A stretch of 64,000 nucleotides of DNA, from positions 80,354,001 to 80,418,000 of the forward strand of contig OZ076409.1 in NCBI GenBank assembly GCA_964187785.1, read 5' to 3'. A program made the translations under genes and the position numbers. Of the stretch, positions 50,525 through 63,984 are shown in pieces. Within the stretch, counting starts at the first letter, position 1. Each line of letters opens with the position of its first letter. The stretch comes from Amphiscolops sp. MND2022 (lineage: Eukaryota). The notes under the pieces were generated by a model. That model ran no database searches. It was not told the origin of the DNA and worked only from the letters and a program-made list of their open reading frames with translations.

Positions 50525-53500
50525 ATTTGAGCGGTCAATGTTTTAATTTCACCAAGAAAAAGAACTATTACGTAACAATGAAGCTAAACGAACGCGACCG
50601 TTTTCTAGCTATGCATTTTTTTTGAACTGAGTTTGAACTGAACTTTTTTGAAAGAGTTGTTTCCAAAACTATGCAATTTTTGGTGAATTCCCAAATAACA
50701 TAAGAGAAAATAACAAAAACAAAATTAGTTTCAAATAACAAAAATGAAATGTGTTTCACTAAACATAAAAATAAAATTGTTTACGAGAAAGTTTTACTGG
50801 TCAAAATCATTCACAATTTAAAAGATTCACTGGAAAAAGTATGAAAGAACTCATCACTTTTATTATCTTTCAAGAACTCATGTGTCTTTCAAGTAACTTG
50901 GTTGCTTTTTGTTTTTTAGATATGGTTTTTAGACCTGATGATGATAAATAATCTATCGAAACATGTTGTCCTAATTTATTCTTGTCTTTGTTATCAACTA
51001 TGTTCTACCCCTACAGGCTAAAAGTATGAAAATTACAAATAAAATTTCGTGAGTTCGATTGTTTAACCGGGTATTCGGCTGTATTTTTATGTTATTTGCA
51101 ACGAATCTTGTTTTTATGTTATTTGCTCTTATGTTATTTGGTACGTAATCCCATTTTTAGAGTACCGAACTACTAATTAATAATCAAGTATTATTTCAAC
51201 AATCAATTATTGCTATAACTGCCATTATTTGAAGCAACTATTTTCCTATGGAAACTAGCGTCAAAAATGACCAACGTTAAAAATCTAGATTAGATTATAT
51301 CTGAATCGCCACTGGGTAAAGTTTTATTCCAGGCTTAACATCTCCGCAGTTTGCATCTTAGCAACCAGAAATGGCTGTTGGATCTTGAACAAATGATGAC
51401 AATATTAAATTTTTTACCCTGCTTTTTGAGGAAAAATCAAAACTATAATTTAGCTACATATATCTGAACATTTTGAAGCCTTGTGCAGTTATTATCTCAA
51501 ATTACTTAGTTTCATTCAATTCTGATGAAGTCGTGATCCCCCCTTCGGCAATATTTTCTCTTTGAATAAGATTTTACGCAATGATGAGTAAAAAATTCTC
51601 CTCAAACCAAAGTGAAGGGTTTTTTAATCAGTTTCACATCAGTAAAAGCTATTACTTTTTCGACTAATTAGTCAAAGATGTGACCGTAAAAGTTCATTGG
51701 CTTGCAGTTCATTCATAACTAATTAGTTATGAAATCAATGGCATTTGCTGAACTGAAAATGATTAAAAACGCGATGTTTCGGTTTTAGGGGAAAATTTAA
51801 AACAAGACCTTTTTTGCTCATCAGTTCTTCAAATCTCATTTCTTCATCAAAAACAAAGAAAATAAAATATTGCGTTTTTAAAAAAAAACACTCAAAAAAT
51901 CACAAGAATCAATAGCACAAAATTTTCCCATGAGGTTTCTGATTTTTTAAAAAAGTAAAACCTCTAATTTAATTCTTTAAGAATTGTAGTTGCTCATTTT
52001 GAATTATTCGTTAGGCAATTAGCAAATGAACTTTTAGAACTCACTTACCCGGAACAATGTTTCAATTTACGCAGGTGTAGCATGGTAAGATATTAAGAAA
52101 GAGCAAATTAAAATGGAAAAATTATTGACAAGATGAGGAAGTGTATATCGGGAAAGTTGCGCATGTGTACTGTCACATATTATCTTTACTTCCCTGCCAT
52201 AACCATCGATGGTAGCTGGTAGCTGCGAAGGGAGGCAAATATGGCGGCAAAATGAACAAAAAAGGTAATGTTGGAAGTAGCTCTAGCTGCTGCTACTTCT
52301 GAATAACATCAAAAGAATGTCAACAGAGACTTGGTGGAAAAATCACAAACAGTGGCGGTTATTTTGTTTATGGTAAATAAGGAACCGAGGCAGCTAAAAA
52401 ACTGAATTTTACTGAAGGTCCGCTCAACTCTGCTCTGAACAGTAGTACTACTACTACCACCACTTTTACTACAACTGCCTCAATACAGAACTACTACTAC
52501 TATCAGAATTGCAACTGATTGCTTTTTACGGTGGCTTTTTCTCATTCGTGGAACCGAACCAGCAATGACGGCGGCGACGGCGGCAATTGTAGCTCCTCTT
52601 TTGTCCTCAGTATCGTACGTTAAGTTGCGAGAGAGAAAATGAGAAATCTAGCGCACCTAGAAAAAATAGTCAAATGCGGAGCTGCGGCGACGGTAACGGG
52701 AATTGAATAAATTGGATACCGCTATTTGTAGCAGGAAGCGATAGTTTATTAGGAGGTAGTTGATTCTGTCCCCTGTCTTCTATTCAGACCGGCCCGCTAC
52801 ATATGCCCGCGTATACTTTTCCATTACTTGTAACACCAGCAACTATTGGATTATGGCAAACTATCATTTATTCCGTCGGCTGCCGGGGCAACCACCGGAG
52901 CCTTTCAATGGCATTAGGGCTAGTTGAGCCGGTTATCAACGTTGTTGTAATTCAAATTTCAAAGGGGTTCTTCAATTTGGAAAAACAGTACGCAATTTCA
53001 CAGCAAGTTACTTTACCTCTTTGAGACGGGAATATTTTGCTGGTAGGTCTTTCAAGACGAATATTGATTGTAAAAGTGGGGGATAAAATTTAATCCCCGA
53101 ATAAGATCCCGCTTGGCAGCTCCCAGGTCCAAAGTTTCGAGATAAACGTGAATGAATCAAAGATCAACGTGTGCTCCAGCGTCTCCGGGCGACCACTGAG
53201 TTCGATCCAGGTATTTCTCCTTAATTCTCCTCCGCAAGGGCCAAAAATGAACCTTAAAGCATTGAATGGGTCAAATGCTCCTTTGACCGAGTCTCCCGAG
53301 TCAGCTGCTATCACACGCCAATGTAGCCAACAGCCAAATTCCAAAATCTCTTCATTTCAAATAATCTAACACCCAAAATCTGTAATGTTGCAACTTGCTT
53401 CTCATAAATTAAAACTTTTAGCTCCTTGGCTCCATAAATCTATTTCAATTTTCGTCCCCTTTTTCCAAACTGCGTCTTTATCCAGTTCCAGTAAATCTTG

Positions 53501-56025
53501 CCAGATTTGCCGACTTCGCGTTTCCCTGAACGCAGTGTCTCTTCACGTTTCTGTCACGTGTTCTCGAAACAGTTCCCAAACGCCATTTCAAGAAACCAAA
53601 TTGGTCTTCAGTGAAAGTCCCATAAAATGAGCAGCCATTAGAGCTCGAACGCCTTTTGATTGATTAATTAATTAAATTTCAATAAAATTAAAGTCTTTTA
53701 GAATTTAATTGAACTTTCTATTCGTTCATGGCCTTTACCCTGAACCTATTGAAAAAAAACGAGCAATCGCGACCAGTTGAACAGATAAATGAGTCCAATT
53801 AGATCTCGTTTGTTTCAAGATTTTGATACGAAATAGTCTACGAAGTGAAGTGCATATTGGCATTTTAGCGTTCAAGGTGAATCTAATTAAAATGAAAGCT
53901 TGTAAATTGTGATCGAACTGCGAAACTATTCCACAAAATCGATAAATGCACATTTAAAAAAAGGTCCTCAACGGTTGGAAAAGGTCATGAAGAAATGCAT
54001 ATTAATAAAATCTATAATAAACAATCAGACTATTGGATGTTTCCATTAAACCTTGTAAAATGTACGATGAATTTTTAGAACAATTTAGAAGCAAGGAAAT
54101 TTCAAATGCCGCAAAACACCCATGATAAATTGCCCTAACTGCCCATGTTTAGAAATAAGAATTGGACCCTTTTTTAACCTGGTATGATATGTTGGAGCTC
54201 CAACTTGATTAGATGAGGCTCTGTAGAAACCCTTCTAGAGGAAAACTTCGCGGATTGGTTCCTCAGAACTGGATTGCAAATTAAGTAACACTAGAACTCC
54301 CAAATAAAGATTCTCGAAACAAGTGAATAAATTTCCTAGAATTCTCAAATTTACCGGAATTTTAATCGTCAATGGACTGCGTTGGTCATAAACGTTAGGT
54401 CATCTTGAAATTATGTAACAAGTTGCCAAAGCATTTCTAAACTATGCGTTAAATGCTCAGCAGGATGAAAAGTTACCATAAATGGAAGAACTTGAGAACC
54501 GTTAAGATAAGAAGTTTCGATTCGTGAAATGAGCAATAATTTTTATTTGGATTTAGAGAACATAATGATAGCGGCACATAAATATCGGTAGCTCTATGTG
54601 GAGCGGCAAACAAGTGGTGACCTATTTAGACCTCGGAGGTTTAAACTGTGCCGGTTTGTGTGAAAAGAGCAGTGATAGGCTTTTGTCAGTCCTGATTTCG
54701 TTTGTTATTCAGAGTTTGAGTACCTACAGTTAGAGTCTGATCTAAAGTATATCGATTCGATTTCATTATTTCCTTTACAGCTCATAAACTCATGGGCTTA
54801 ATTTACCGCCTTAGCCCAATATTATTGGCGTTTAGCCCTGAGATCAGATGCAAAATGAGTTATGAATTTGGGCGAAACAAAAGGTCTTGACGTCAAGAGA
54901 ATTGTAGGGCTTGGGTAAACATTGAGAAGTTGTTCAAAATGGATTTGTAGAAACGTGACCCAATTATCCTTGGAGGTATCGGCAAAAGGCATGGAGGAGA
55001 AACAAAGGAGAAATGTCAATTCTTGAAATTGATCGGGATTAGTGGAGGCCTGGGTTTGGATACTAAACATCTCACGGAGTTGATAAGACCCCGTTGAAAC
55101 ACGTTTAGAAGCTGGTAGGATTGGCGCTTTGTGGGTCAGTAAATTAATTAGTCATAAATTACAATAGAAGCCATTACTAGTTTCAACTTATAAATAGCGG
55201 GTGACACTGTGCAAATAAATTTATATCACCTTGTCGAAGGAAGGAAACCAAACTGCCGTTAATTTACAACAGATGATTATCCAATATTTCTCAAAACTGC
55301 AATTTGCATGGAAATGCAATCAAAAATAAGCTCTGTTGTTCAACCATGAAATGGATCCCATTACAGCGAAACTTACTCTACAGTTCCAATACATGTGGGA
55401 AACAAGTATCTATTTTGCACATGAAGTGGTGGGGTTTCGGCACATATGGATTTAGATTCACATTCCATATGAGCGAAATAAACACTAACTTATTTCATTG
55501 ACATGAGAAACGAGCCATTAATATATTTCAAATTCCAAAAAACTTGACAGAAAAATGACAACAGACGTTGAAATTGAAACTACCAGTTTTTGGGAAAGAG
55601 CAAAGTGCTCAATTGTTTCTCTGGGAATGGAGTATTGCTTCTCGACCTGAAGTTCGTTCTCCAAGATTGATCTCTTGAAACCCACTGATTCGTCCTTCAA
55701 ACGATCGATGCACTCAAAAAATTAAATTTGAGGTTAATTAAAATTTCAGATCGATCCCTGCTCCGTTAATGAAAATTGACAGCATTTCCTCAAAATCATG
55801 AACTTTTTGTTGTACCACGTCTTGTACTTATTTTCGGCCCATATTCCATATCGGAAAAGAAAACTAACTCTCTCATTTTTTCCAAATTTGCTTCTCAAAA
55901 GATGGTGGTTCCACAGACTTTAGCTACAGAAAATAGGTTCTGTGTAACTGAAAGGAAATATTGAATTCAAATGCTTCGTTGTTGTAAAAAAAATCTACAA
56001 TCAACTTATTGCATAATCAACTTAA

Positions 56026-57892
56026 TGTTGCATTTCTGACTAATTCTGAGAACGAATAGAGGTTTCTAAAATACTATCTTTTATTCAAGTGTAGTACAAA
56101 GCTTTCGTAACATAAAATGATGTAACAGTTCTATATCAAATGTTTATGTTTGTAAACACTAGACAGGTATGTCTACAACCAAAACTCGGTGGAGGTCAAG
56201 TGTTCTTGATTGACGGATGAACCGTATAATATTCCTCCTTCTCTCTCCGGGGTTCTTCTAGAAGCTTGATGAGGAGCCGGGTTGCAGTATGTTGTCCGGC
56301 AGAAAGTCTTGTGGTTTTTGTACACTTCCCGACTGTGGTTGTGGTGTACCCTTTGTTCGGCTCCATGGTTGGTCTGTAACATAACAAAGTTGTCACACCC
56401 AAAAATTTCCTCTATAAGATATACTACCGTACCTATACGGTCTATTAGTGTTTCGGTTTGACCGTCTATTTTTATTTTCAGAATTCTCACCCTGAGGCAT
56501 TTCTCCATCTGTGTGCATTTGTATCACGTCGTTTTCGGGATCTGTGCGTATCGGGGCATACCGTCCATCTCTTTCCGATGTGTCGTATGTTTTCCCGACT
56601 TCTTCCGGAATTTCTTCTTCGTCGTCGTCATCATCATCTTCGTCTTCCGTCTCCGTCTCGGTTTCCTGTCCGTCTCGGAAAACAATGTTCTTTATTTCTT
56701 TTATATGGTATACACTTTCATCAGATTCGCTCATTGATTTGCTTGGCTCTATTCTTTCATCTTCGGTAAGGTTTCTCACTGTTCCGTTATTCTTTGTTCT
56801 TTGTTTGCATACCCGTGCATAGTGTCCCTTCTTTCCGCAGTTGTTGCAGTTTGACTCCAGTGCTGGGCATTTGTGTATTTTGCTCCAATTCGGTGCATTG
56901 CAGAATCTACATGGTCGCTTTCCGGTTATTCTTGTTTTCGGTCTGGTCCCGACCTTCTCCATCCTTTGTATTGGTTCTTCTTTGATAAATTGTTTTTCTT
57001 TGGTCGTGATCAAGGCTTCAGGGATTGTATTTTTCTTGTTTTTCTTTTCATAGGTGTTTTGTTTAATCATTTCAATGATTTTCTTCATCTCTAATGTTTT
57101 TTCTTTCATTAGTTTGTCCCGTAATTTCTTGTCGGTAACCGCGGTCATATATTTTGATTATTAGTGTTTCTAGATATTAGTAATTTCTCTGCTGAGATGA
57201 TACGGAAGTTACATTCCTTCTAAATTTCGATTATTCGTCTCCGGAAATCTTCCCGTGTTTCATTTTCCGATTGTTTTGCCTAGAAAAAATCTCCTCTGTT
57301 GTGATATGTATTTCGTTTTGGAAGGTAGTGTTCGGTATATAACCGGATTAAGTCTTTGATTTTGATACTGTCCGGCTCCGTTTTGTGTTCGGCACGGGTT
57401 ATTTGGTATAGTGCCTCCGGTCCCACTCCCCAGATAAAATCTTCTTGAATAGTTGCTTCTTTTTCGGTCCATCCGGTTTCCGTAATATCTTCTCCTTTTG
57501 TTTAAGGTGTGATGTCGATTTTGTGTTCCCATTTAGTGAATTGCCGGAATCTCTCCAACCATTGTCTCGGAGTAAACTTTGGGTTCACGTCCGATGCCTT
57601 TGCTTCTAATTTCGGTACGGTATTTGTTTCTGTCATGGTTCGGGTTAAAATTTTCGGTTTGTTTTAAATTCTTGCTTACTGCGCCATGCTGTATTTCTAA
57701 CTAATTCTAGGAAAGAATAAAGTTTCCTAAATTACTATCTTTTATTCAAGTGTAGTACAAAGCTTTCGTAAGATAAAATGATGTAACAGTTCTATATCAA
57801 ATGTTTATTCTTGTAAACACTAGACAGGTATGTCTACAACCGAAACTCGGTGAGGGTCAAGTGTTCTTGATTGACGGGTGAACCGTATAACA
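56026..57892 (-). mobile_element. Internally deleted gag-only Gypsy-type LTR retrotransposon (1867 bp)
   Basis: Two 206-bp LTRs (56026-56231, 57687-57892; ~18 mismatches by hand count). PBS TGGCGCAGTAAGC at 57686-57674; PPT GGAGAGAGAAGGAGGAA at 56248-56232. Flanks CTTAA/ATTAA (imperfect 5-bp TSD). Confidence 0.9.
56393..57636 (-). pseudogene. gag: gag with two zinc knuckles fused to an acidic/basic pol C-terminal tail
   Basis: ATG at 57636 (MTETNTVPK...RQWLERFRQF) with internal stops. CRFCNAPNWSKIHKC and CNNCGKKGHYARVC. Junction near 56685 to ...RRSNRNTNRPYRYG. Confidence 0.8.
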
Positions 57893-58330
57893 ATTAACAC
57901 TCTCTGTCAATTTTATCAGCTCCGAAAATGAAAGGCAAGAATGGATACATAGACCTGTGAATAAAAAACTGAATTTTAGATGAATGAAAAACTCAAAATA
58001 TCAAGAGTTTCATTAATGTAATCAATGCACTGCAAGTTGAAGGAGTTTGACTGAAATTATGAAAATGTAAAGACGAGGTTGAAAACGTTTTTAATGAGAA
58101 ATTAGTCAATGACATCGATAGACCTCAGTAAAGTCAGAAATGTTGGAGTGAATATCGTTTCAAGTAGTCAAATTTTAATGCTCAATATTTGTTTTCTATA
58201 CAATTTTTTGTAATGTCCATTTTCTTAATAATACGGTTTTACACTGCCCTCCATATATTTGTTTACATTTTAGATATTTTATATGAAGGAATACAGTGTT
58301 TTTTTCAAGATGACAAAAACAAAGGTTAAT

Positions 58331-58882
58331 TACCCTGGTCGAGAAGAATCCTTTCGTTTCAAGATACCTTTAAACATCTTTGAAGCTAATTAAATTTCCT
58401 AGAATAATTGAGCGATCCTATCATAAAATGGATTCTTAACAAAATTCTTGTAAATATTGTGTTCCTTGCAAAGATTTTGTTACGATTGTATTTTTTAGTG
58501 AGGAATACATTTGCTCCCAAGATCTTCCCAGGAAAGAATCAAAAATGAAGGTATTGTAAAATCCTTGCAACGGTAGCATTTTTTGTTTTTCTTTGGTAAA
58601 AAGCTAGTACAGAAAACCCTCGTCTATACTGGATGTGTTAACTGCAAAATGTGTTAATCCTTGCAATTTGATACATTCCTTAAAAGATCTGGCAAGTAGT
58701 GGTATTCCTACCAAGAATCTTACAAGGAAATATAATCCTTGTAAGATTCTTGCAAGATCTTTGCATGGAATGCATTGCTCGCAAGTATCTTGCAAGGAAT
58801 GCCTTCCAAGCAATGATATGGCTAGATTCTTTCAAGGAATCCAAGTAAAATGCACAATCTTGAAAGGTTTCGTGACCCCATG
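58331..58882. repeat. Foldback/MITE-like repeat rich in palindromic TCTTGCAAGA-type decamers
   Basis: Many CTTGCAAG/CTTGTAAG/CTTACAAG variants between 58445 and 58865, with loosely inverted ends (CCCTGGTCGAGAA...TTCAAGAT / ATCTTGAA...GTGACCCCA). Confidence 0.45.
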
Positions 58883-59420
58883 AACTCAACTTATTCAACA
58901 GCAATCTTAGTGTTTCCTTGACTTAGAAATTTCCAGCATTTTGTGATTGAAGTTAGTACAATGCAGATACATGTACATTGAGAACACACTCTAATAGACG
59001 CCGCTTGAAATCCTCGTGAATTGTTTGGAATTTCACTTCAGGTACTTTGATTTTCACGTAGACTATAATCTATTTAGCGTCCAGACACTATTAACGCTAT
59101 TTCAGGCCTTCAATTGCAACCTTGGGCGGTACTCTTTTACGCACTCACACTGGGCGGTGCCAATCGTGGCTGATCCAATGTGGTCAACAGGTAGAATTTG
59201 GTATTATCAGCTGAATATCAAGTTAGAAGAAAAGCGTCATGCATGTAACAACGACGAGACATTCCATTCCCACAAAATTAGAAGAAATCAAGTATGCTAA
59301 TTATCACTTGACGTTTCACTTCATGGTATTTTCCTTCAATGATTTTGAAATCCATTGAAGAGGAGAAGGAAAAGGAAAACACGCATGTATCTGACCAAAA
59401 GCCGCGGTTTATGAGCTTTG

Positions 59421-59796
59421 AACAATTTTGGCCTTAATTCGAGGTCGGCTTCCATTCGGATGGTCTTTATTTAAAAAGGTATAGAGTTCGACAAAATTGC
59501 GAATCTTCAAAATATTTTCGAAAATCGCACAGTGCCGAAAAGTCCCTTTTTAGCCTCGCCTACCTTCGCAAACTTGTTATAAAAAAATAGACAACAGCGG
59601 GATTCGAAGCCACCAACCCCTGCCTCCCCGTCAGGCACGCTAAACACAATGCTTCCATGTCGGGCCAAGCAAGTGGCGTGAACAAAGTACGTTGAAATGT
59701 GGACCATTCAAATACTTTCTGTTGTTTGGAGCAAAAAATAAATTTCGTCACTGTAATAGTCGGAAACGTTTCATTTTGAAATGTGCCGACAAAAAA
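59421..59796 (-). mobile_element. Degenerate HINE-like element with an internal tRNA/SINE-like segment
   Basis: End GTCACTGTAATAGTCGG...GTGCCGACAAAAAA and subrepeat CGCACAGTGCCGAAAA shared with the HINE family. Minus-strand GGCTTCGAATCCC (B-box-like) at ~59600-59612. Left boundary approximate. Confidence 0.5.
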
Positions 59797-60869
59797 CCTT
59801 CGAAGATGAGCCAAATATTCTGAAGCAATACGAGCTATTACATAATAGCTAATTAACTCCTTCGAGTGTTTCATCCGTACTTGACTGACTTTTGTCTAAT
59901 AACACATGAACGATTTCAAGAGCGATTTCAAATAAATCAACCCATACTACTTCATTTAGCTAAAAAGAATTTTAGATTATAAGGGTACTAAGGTCAAGGG
60001 ATTTCAGGTTTGGTCCACAGCTTCAAAAGTTGAAACGCACTTTGACTTTTTAATGAATCTTCTTTCATCTTAAGTTTTCATTGGTTCTGCGTTAATTACT
60101 TATTATTAAGTACTCAATTATCTAGTGTCATTACTCCGTTAAAGGCTCTGAAGAGTGCGGACAGATCAAAAATGCCCAAACTTTGATTTGAAAAAAAAAC
60201 TGCTTTGGTTTTAAAGCAACCAGCTTGCGACTTAAACAAAGCACTCACTATTAATACAAAATCAAGAAGCATTCAGCTCAAAAATCCCAGCCTTTGTGCG
60301 CAAATTTTGTTATCGATTTTCCGTCTTCACTTTTTTTCAAATCAAATTTAATTGATGGAACGATCCTGTATTTAGCTCTAATCATTTCACCGTAATTGCA
60401 GGCGTTTTAAAGAGGTAACTTTGACACTTCACATTTATCTTTGTAAATTATCTCAAAATGCGCTATATATATCGGAAAGATGTTCACTTTAACTGCTTTA
60501 GCGTATAAAAAATGCTAAAGATACCATAAAACTTAATTCAGTCGTAAGAAACATTTCTAACAGGATTTCCATTCAAGAATCCAGCCAAGAATCTTGATAA
60601 CATATGCTAGTAATGCAAAATAAATTTCCCGTTAGCATGACCGTTGTCAATCAAATTTTCATCCTCGACCAATTTTCGATAAATTATTTTTGACAGTGCG
60701 TTGCATCGCGTCAATTTATGCTCCAATGCCTTATGTGCAATCCTGCTAAGCCTGTTTTTCTCAGGCTATCACGTGACAGGGTTCTTAGCTTGGCCTCGAA
60801 ATGTACGAAAAGACAGGTATTCTAGAAGCACAGAAGATTGATAGCCTTGATGCATGAGTAACAAATATA

Positions 60870-61445
60870 CAAAGTGTTCTTTTTTTAGTTGTCACACTTT
60901 TGTTTTTAAATACCTCGTTGACCAGTTAAGCTACTAAGATGAAATTTTGCATGCATGAAGCCAAGATAATAGAAGAAAGATCTATAACAAAAAATTGCTT
61001 CAATTCAATTTACTTCAACCGTAACAGATAGTTAAATTTTTCGCTGGGTTTTAGAAAGCGGCTCAATGTGTTCACCGTGTTTTTCCACCACCAATTTGCA
61101 ACGGTGTAACAGATTCGCCCAAACTCGCAAAAATAGACCTGTATCGCCTCGAAACTCGTTCTGTGTAAGCTTAACGCTTCCAGTCTTGTAAAAACTTTCT
61201 AACAGAAAGACGTTTTCTGCATGAGAAAGCATTGTGCAAAGTGGTGTTTTATCACGGCGGTTTTTGAATCGGAAGTAAAATTCTTTCACATGTTGTGAAA
61301 CGAGGTAACGTTAGCAATCGTTTCATGTTAACACAAACGCTCTTCTATTATCTTAGCTCGACACATGCAAAAGTTCGTATTCCTAGCTCCACGTCAAGGG
61401 AAGTTATTGCAATTCAAAAGTGTGACAACTAAAAAAAACACTTTG
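60870..61445 (-). mobile_element. Internally deleted Tc1/mariner-superfamily DNA transposon
   Basis: TA on both flanks; ~110-bp imperfect TIRs (CAAAGTGTT..TTTTAGTTGTCACACTTTTG...AAGATAATAGAAGA). The remnant ORF joins a transposase-like N-terminus (MLSHAENVFLLESFYKTGSVKLTQNEFR) to a C-terminus (NLLHRCKLVVEKHGEHIEPL). Confidence 0.82.
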
Positions 61446-63984
61446 TACTACCCAAATTTTATCACGCGTATCTGGTAAAAACGTTGCAATAAGTGACATT
61501 TTTTCGTTCTAGGATGGTTCTTATTTCATTTATTTGTAGAGCCGAAGCTAGAGAAATTGTAGGGTTATGAAAAACATTGAATTAGATCTTTGCTATTAAA
61601 AAAACTAACTTAGTTTTAAAACAAAGCAGCGTAAAATAGAGAAAAACTATGAAGCAGGCATTCGATTAACAATCAGTAAAAAATTTCGCCCTGAAAAAGT
61701 TTGTCGAAAGTGAGCAATAAGAAGCCACAAGGTCAGAACGCACATGAAATGAGATTCGAAAATGCCCTGACTCGTCGAATGATTTTTTCCTGACAGCGAA
61801 CACGTGTAGAAAACAACTTTCAAGAGGTGCTACTTGATTTCTGTGAATAGAGACGAACAAGATATGGAACATAATTTTTATCAACAGATTCACTTGCGAG
61901 TTTTTTTAAACAAATTAACAGTTACTAAAATGAACTTTCATGTTTTTGGACTGTATTTTACTAATTGAGAATTATTAGATTGTTGCTTGTTCAACGTGTC
62001 AGAAATGGCTTATTTTGATGTATTTTAAACAGCTTTCAAGCTAATGAATAGTTAAAATATTTAGGTTAATTCAGATTGTAAAAACAAGTTAAGCAGAAAA
62101 TCCTGGAGTCTACCGGCCTTCTCGTTGCAAAATCATTGATCTGTATCGAAATCAATTACAAAACTCCATAGAAAACTACTCAATGGAAAATTGGTGACCA
62201 AGACTTCGAGCAACAATTACCTTTGATTCAACTAACGCTTTTTCAGACTTTATAAAGTGAACAACAATACATCGTTCGAAATTACCTATATACCCAGACA
62301 TAGAAAATTCACGCGTAATCAATAGAAGGAATTCCAAGTACGCCCTTTCTGTAACAAACATGTTAGTTAGAAACATATAGGCACTCCTTGTTAGAAAAAA
62401 ATGTGGAATAAAAAATTACCTGGAATTGGGGATAAATAATCAGAATAAGTTGATTTAAAAAGAGAGTTAGCACAATTAAAAGAGAAAAGCTTAAACTACT
62501 AATTCACAAGAATAGTGAATACTTCAATTTTTAATATATCTTCGAGTTCTCCCCAATAACAATGAATTATTCAATAGGCCGTAACGAAGGAATCACAACG
62601 CCATCAATTGTTGAGCCAGTACGAAGCGACGTCTAGAAAATGGAAAATGTGGAATGGCACAATAAAAGAGGCAGGAACATTGAGCGAAGGGCGGAGTTGA
62701 CTGATTTGGCAGGTACGAAAGCGGTCAAGTAAAAAGCAATAAACATAATCCAAGGAAAAATGTGGTACCAAAACTCAGCTCATTCGTGTTGGTATACAAC
62801 TGAGCATGTTTTTCTACACCCATGTACACTTCAACTCGCTATATTCACTGTAGTACATATATTCTTTCTAACTGCACGAATTAAAGTCCGAATTTAAGTA
62901 GAACGAATTTGAACGTATCAGAATATCAGCATTCGATTGCATAAAACTGATTGTTGTCGGAAAACCGCTGCTCGAGAAAAAACAGGAGAAATTGAAAATT
63001 TACTTTTTTGCATTTAAAATTCACATCGCACGACGTCAATCAAAGATTCTATTGGAGACAATGGTACTGTGAAGCAGAGGAGACTGCAGGTTGTCTGTTG
63101 GGGGAAATTAATGACTAAAAGATGACAAACTAAATTTCTGAGTGGAGCACAAATTGCTGCGCAGGCGCCGTGTTTTTTTGTAGAAACACTGCAAGAAACG
63201 ATAAATCGTTTTTTATTTCAGCGTGAAAGTATTTAAGAAACGGATGGTAAAGGAGAATGTTATTTTGAATTAATTACTTCGAATCGCTCATCGGTATATA
63301 AAAATGCTGTTCATGCGTTGCGAACATATTTCCTCCTGCTTCGAAAAAATGAAGTTATTAGGATTCGAAGCGTATTCTAATCTTACAGTAAGCCAAGCTT
63401 AAACTGAAGAAACCGTCTATAATACACGTGTGTCTTCTAATTGAAAGCTCATTGTTTTTTGCCAGAAAATATTCAGACAGATTAGCGTATACTAAGGCTA
63501 TCAAAACGTGTCAGCGTTCGAAACTATATACCCTGCGGTGCAATAAATTCTGAGGAGTTGCTTCTTTTTTGTAATAATGGAAAATCGAAATAAAACAATG
63601 GCCGATCGCCGAGGAAGAGCGAGAATAGTTATAGGATAGGAATGACCTCAAAAGGACCTTTAGGGAATTGGAATTTAAGAAAAAGCAGGATTTGATTTGA
63701 GCTGCTTGTTTCACAGGAAACCATTGTTGCCAACAAAGAATTTCTCTCAAGTGCAATGGACTGTCACAAGTGACAAGATAGGTTAGCTCCCTGCATCGAT
63801 GCACCATCTATTTTAGTTCATCAATTTTCAAACACCCGAGGTAACTTCCTCTTTCCCCGTTGATAAATTGAAAAAAAATCAAACAATGGTCTAACAAGTT
63901 GATTCAAGAATTAAGGAGAAACTTATTGAAGTACATTTTCGAAACATTACCGTGTAATTTCCCACTATTTATTTCCTCGTACCA

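Larger units (their letters stand above)
46540..50900 (-). mobile_element. Non-LTR retrotransposon (CR1/L2-group-like LINE), near full length
   Basis: ORF1 + ORF2; 3' end ...TGATAAATTCAA followed by an (ATT)n tail at 46540-46561. 5' boundary approximate; no TSD found. Confidence 0.9.
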
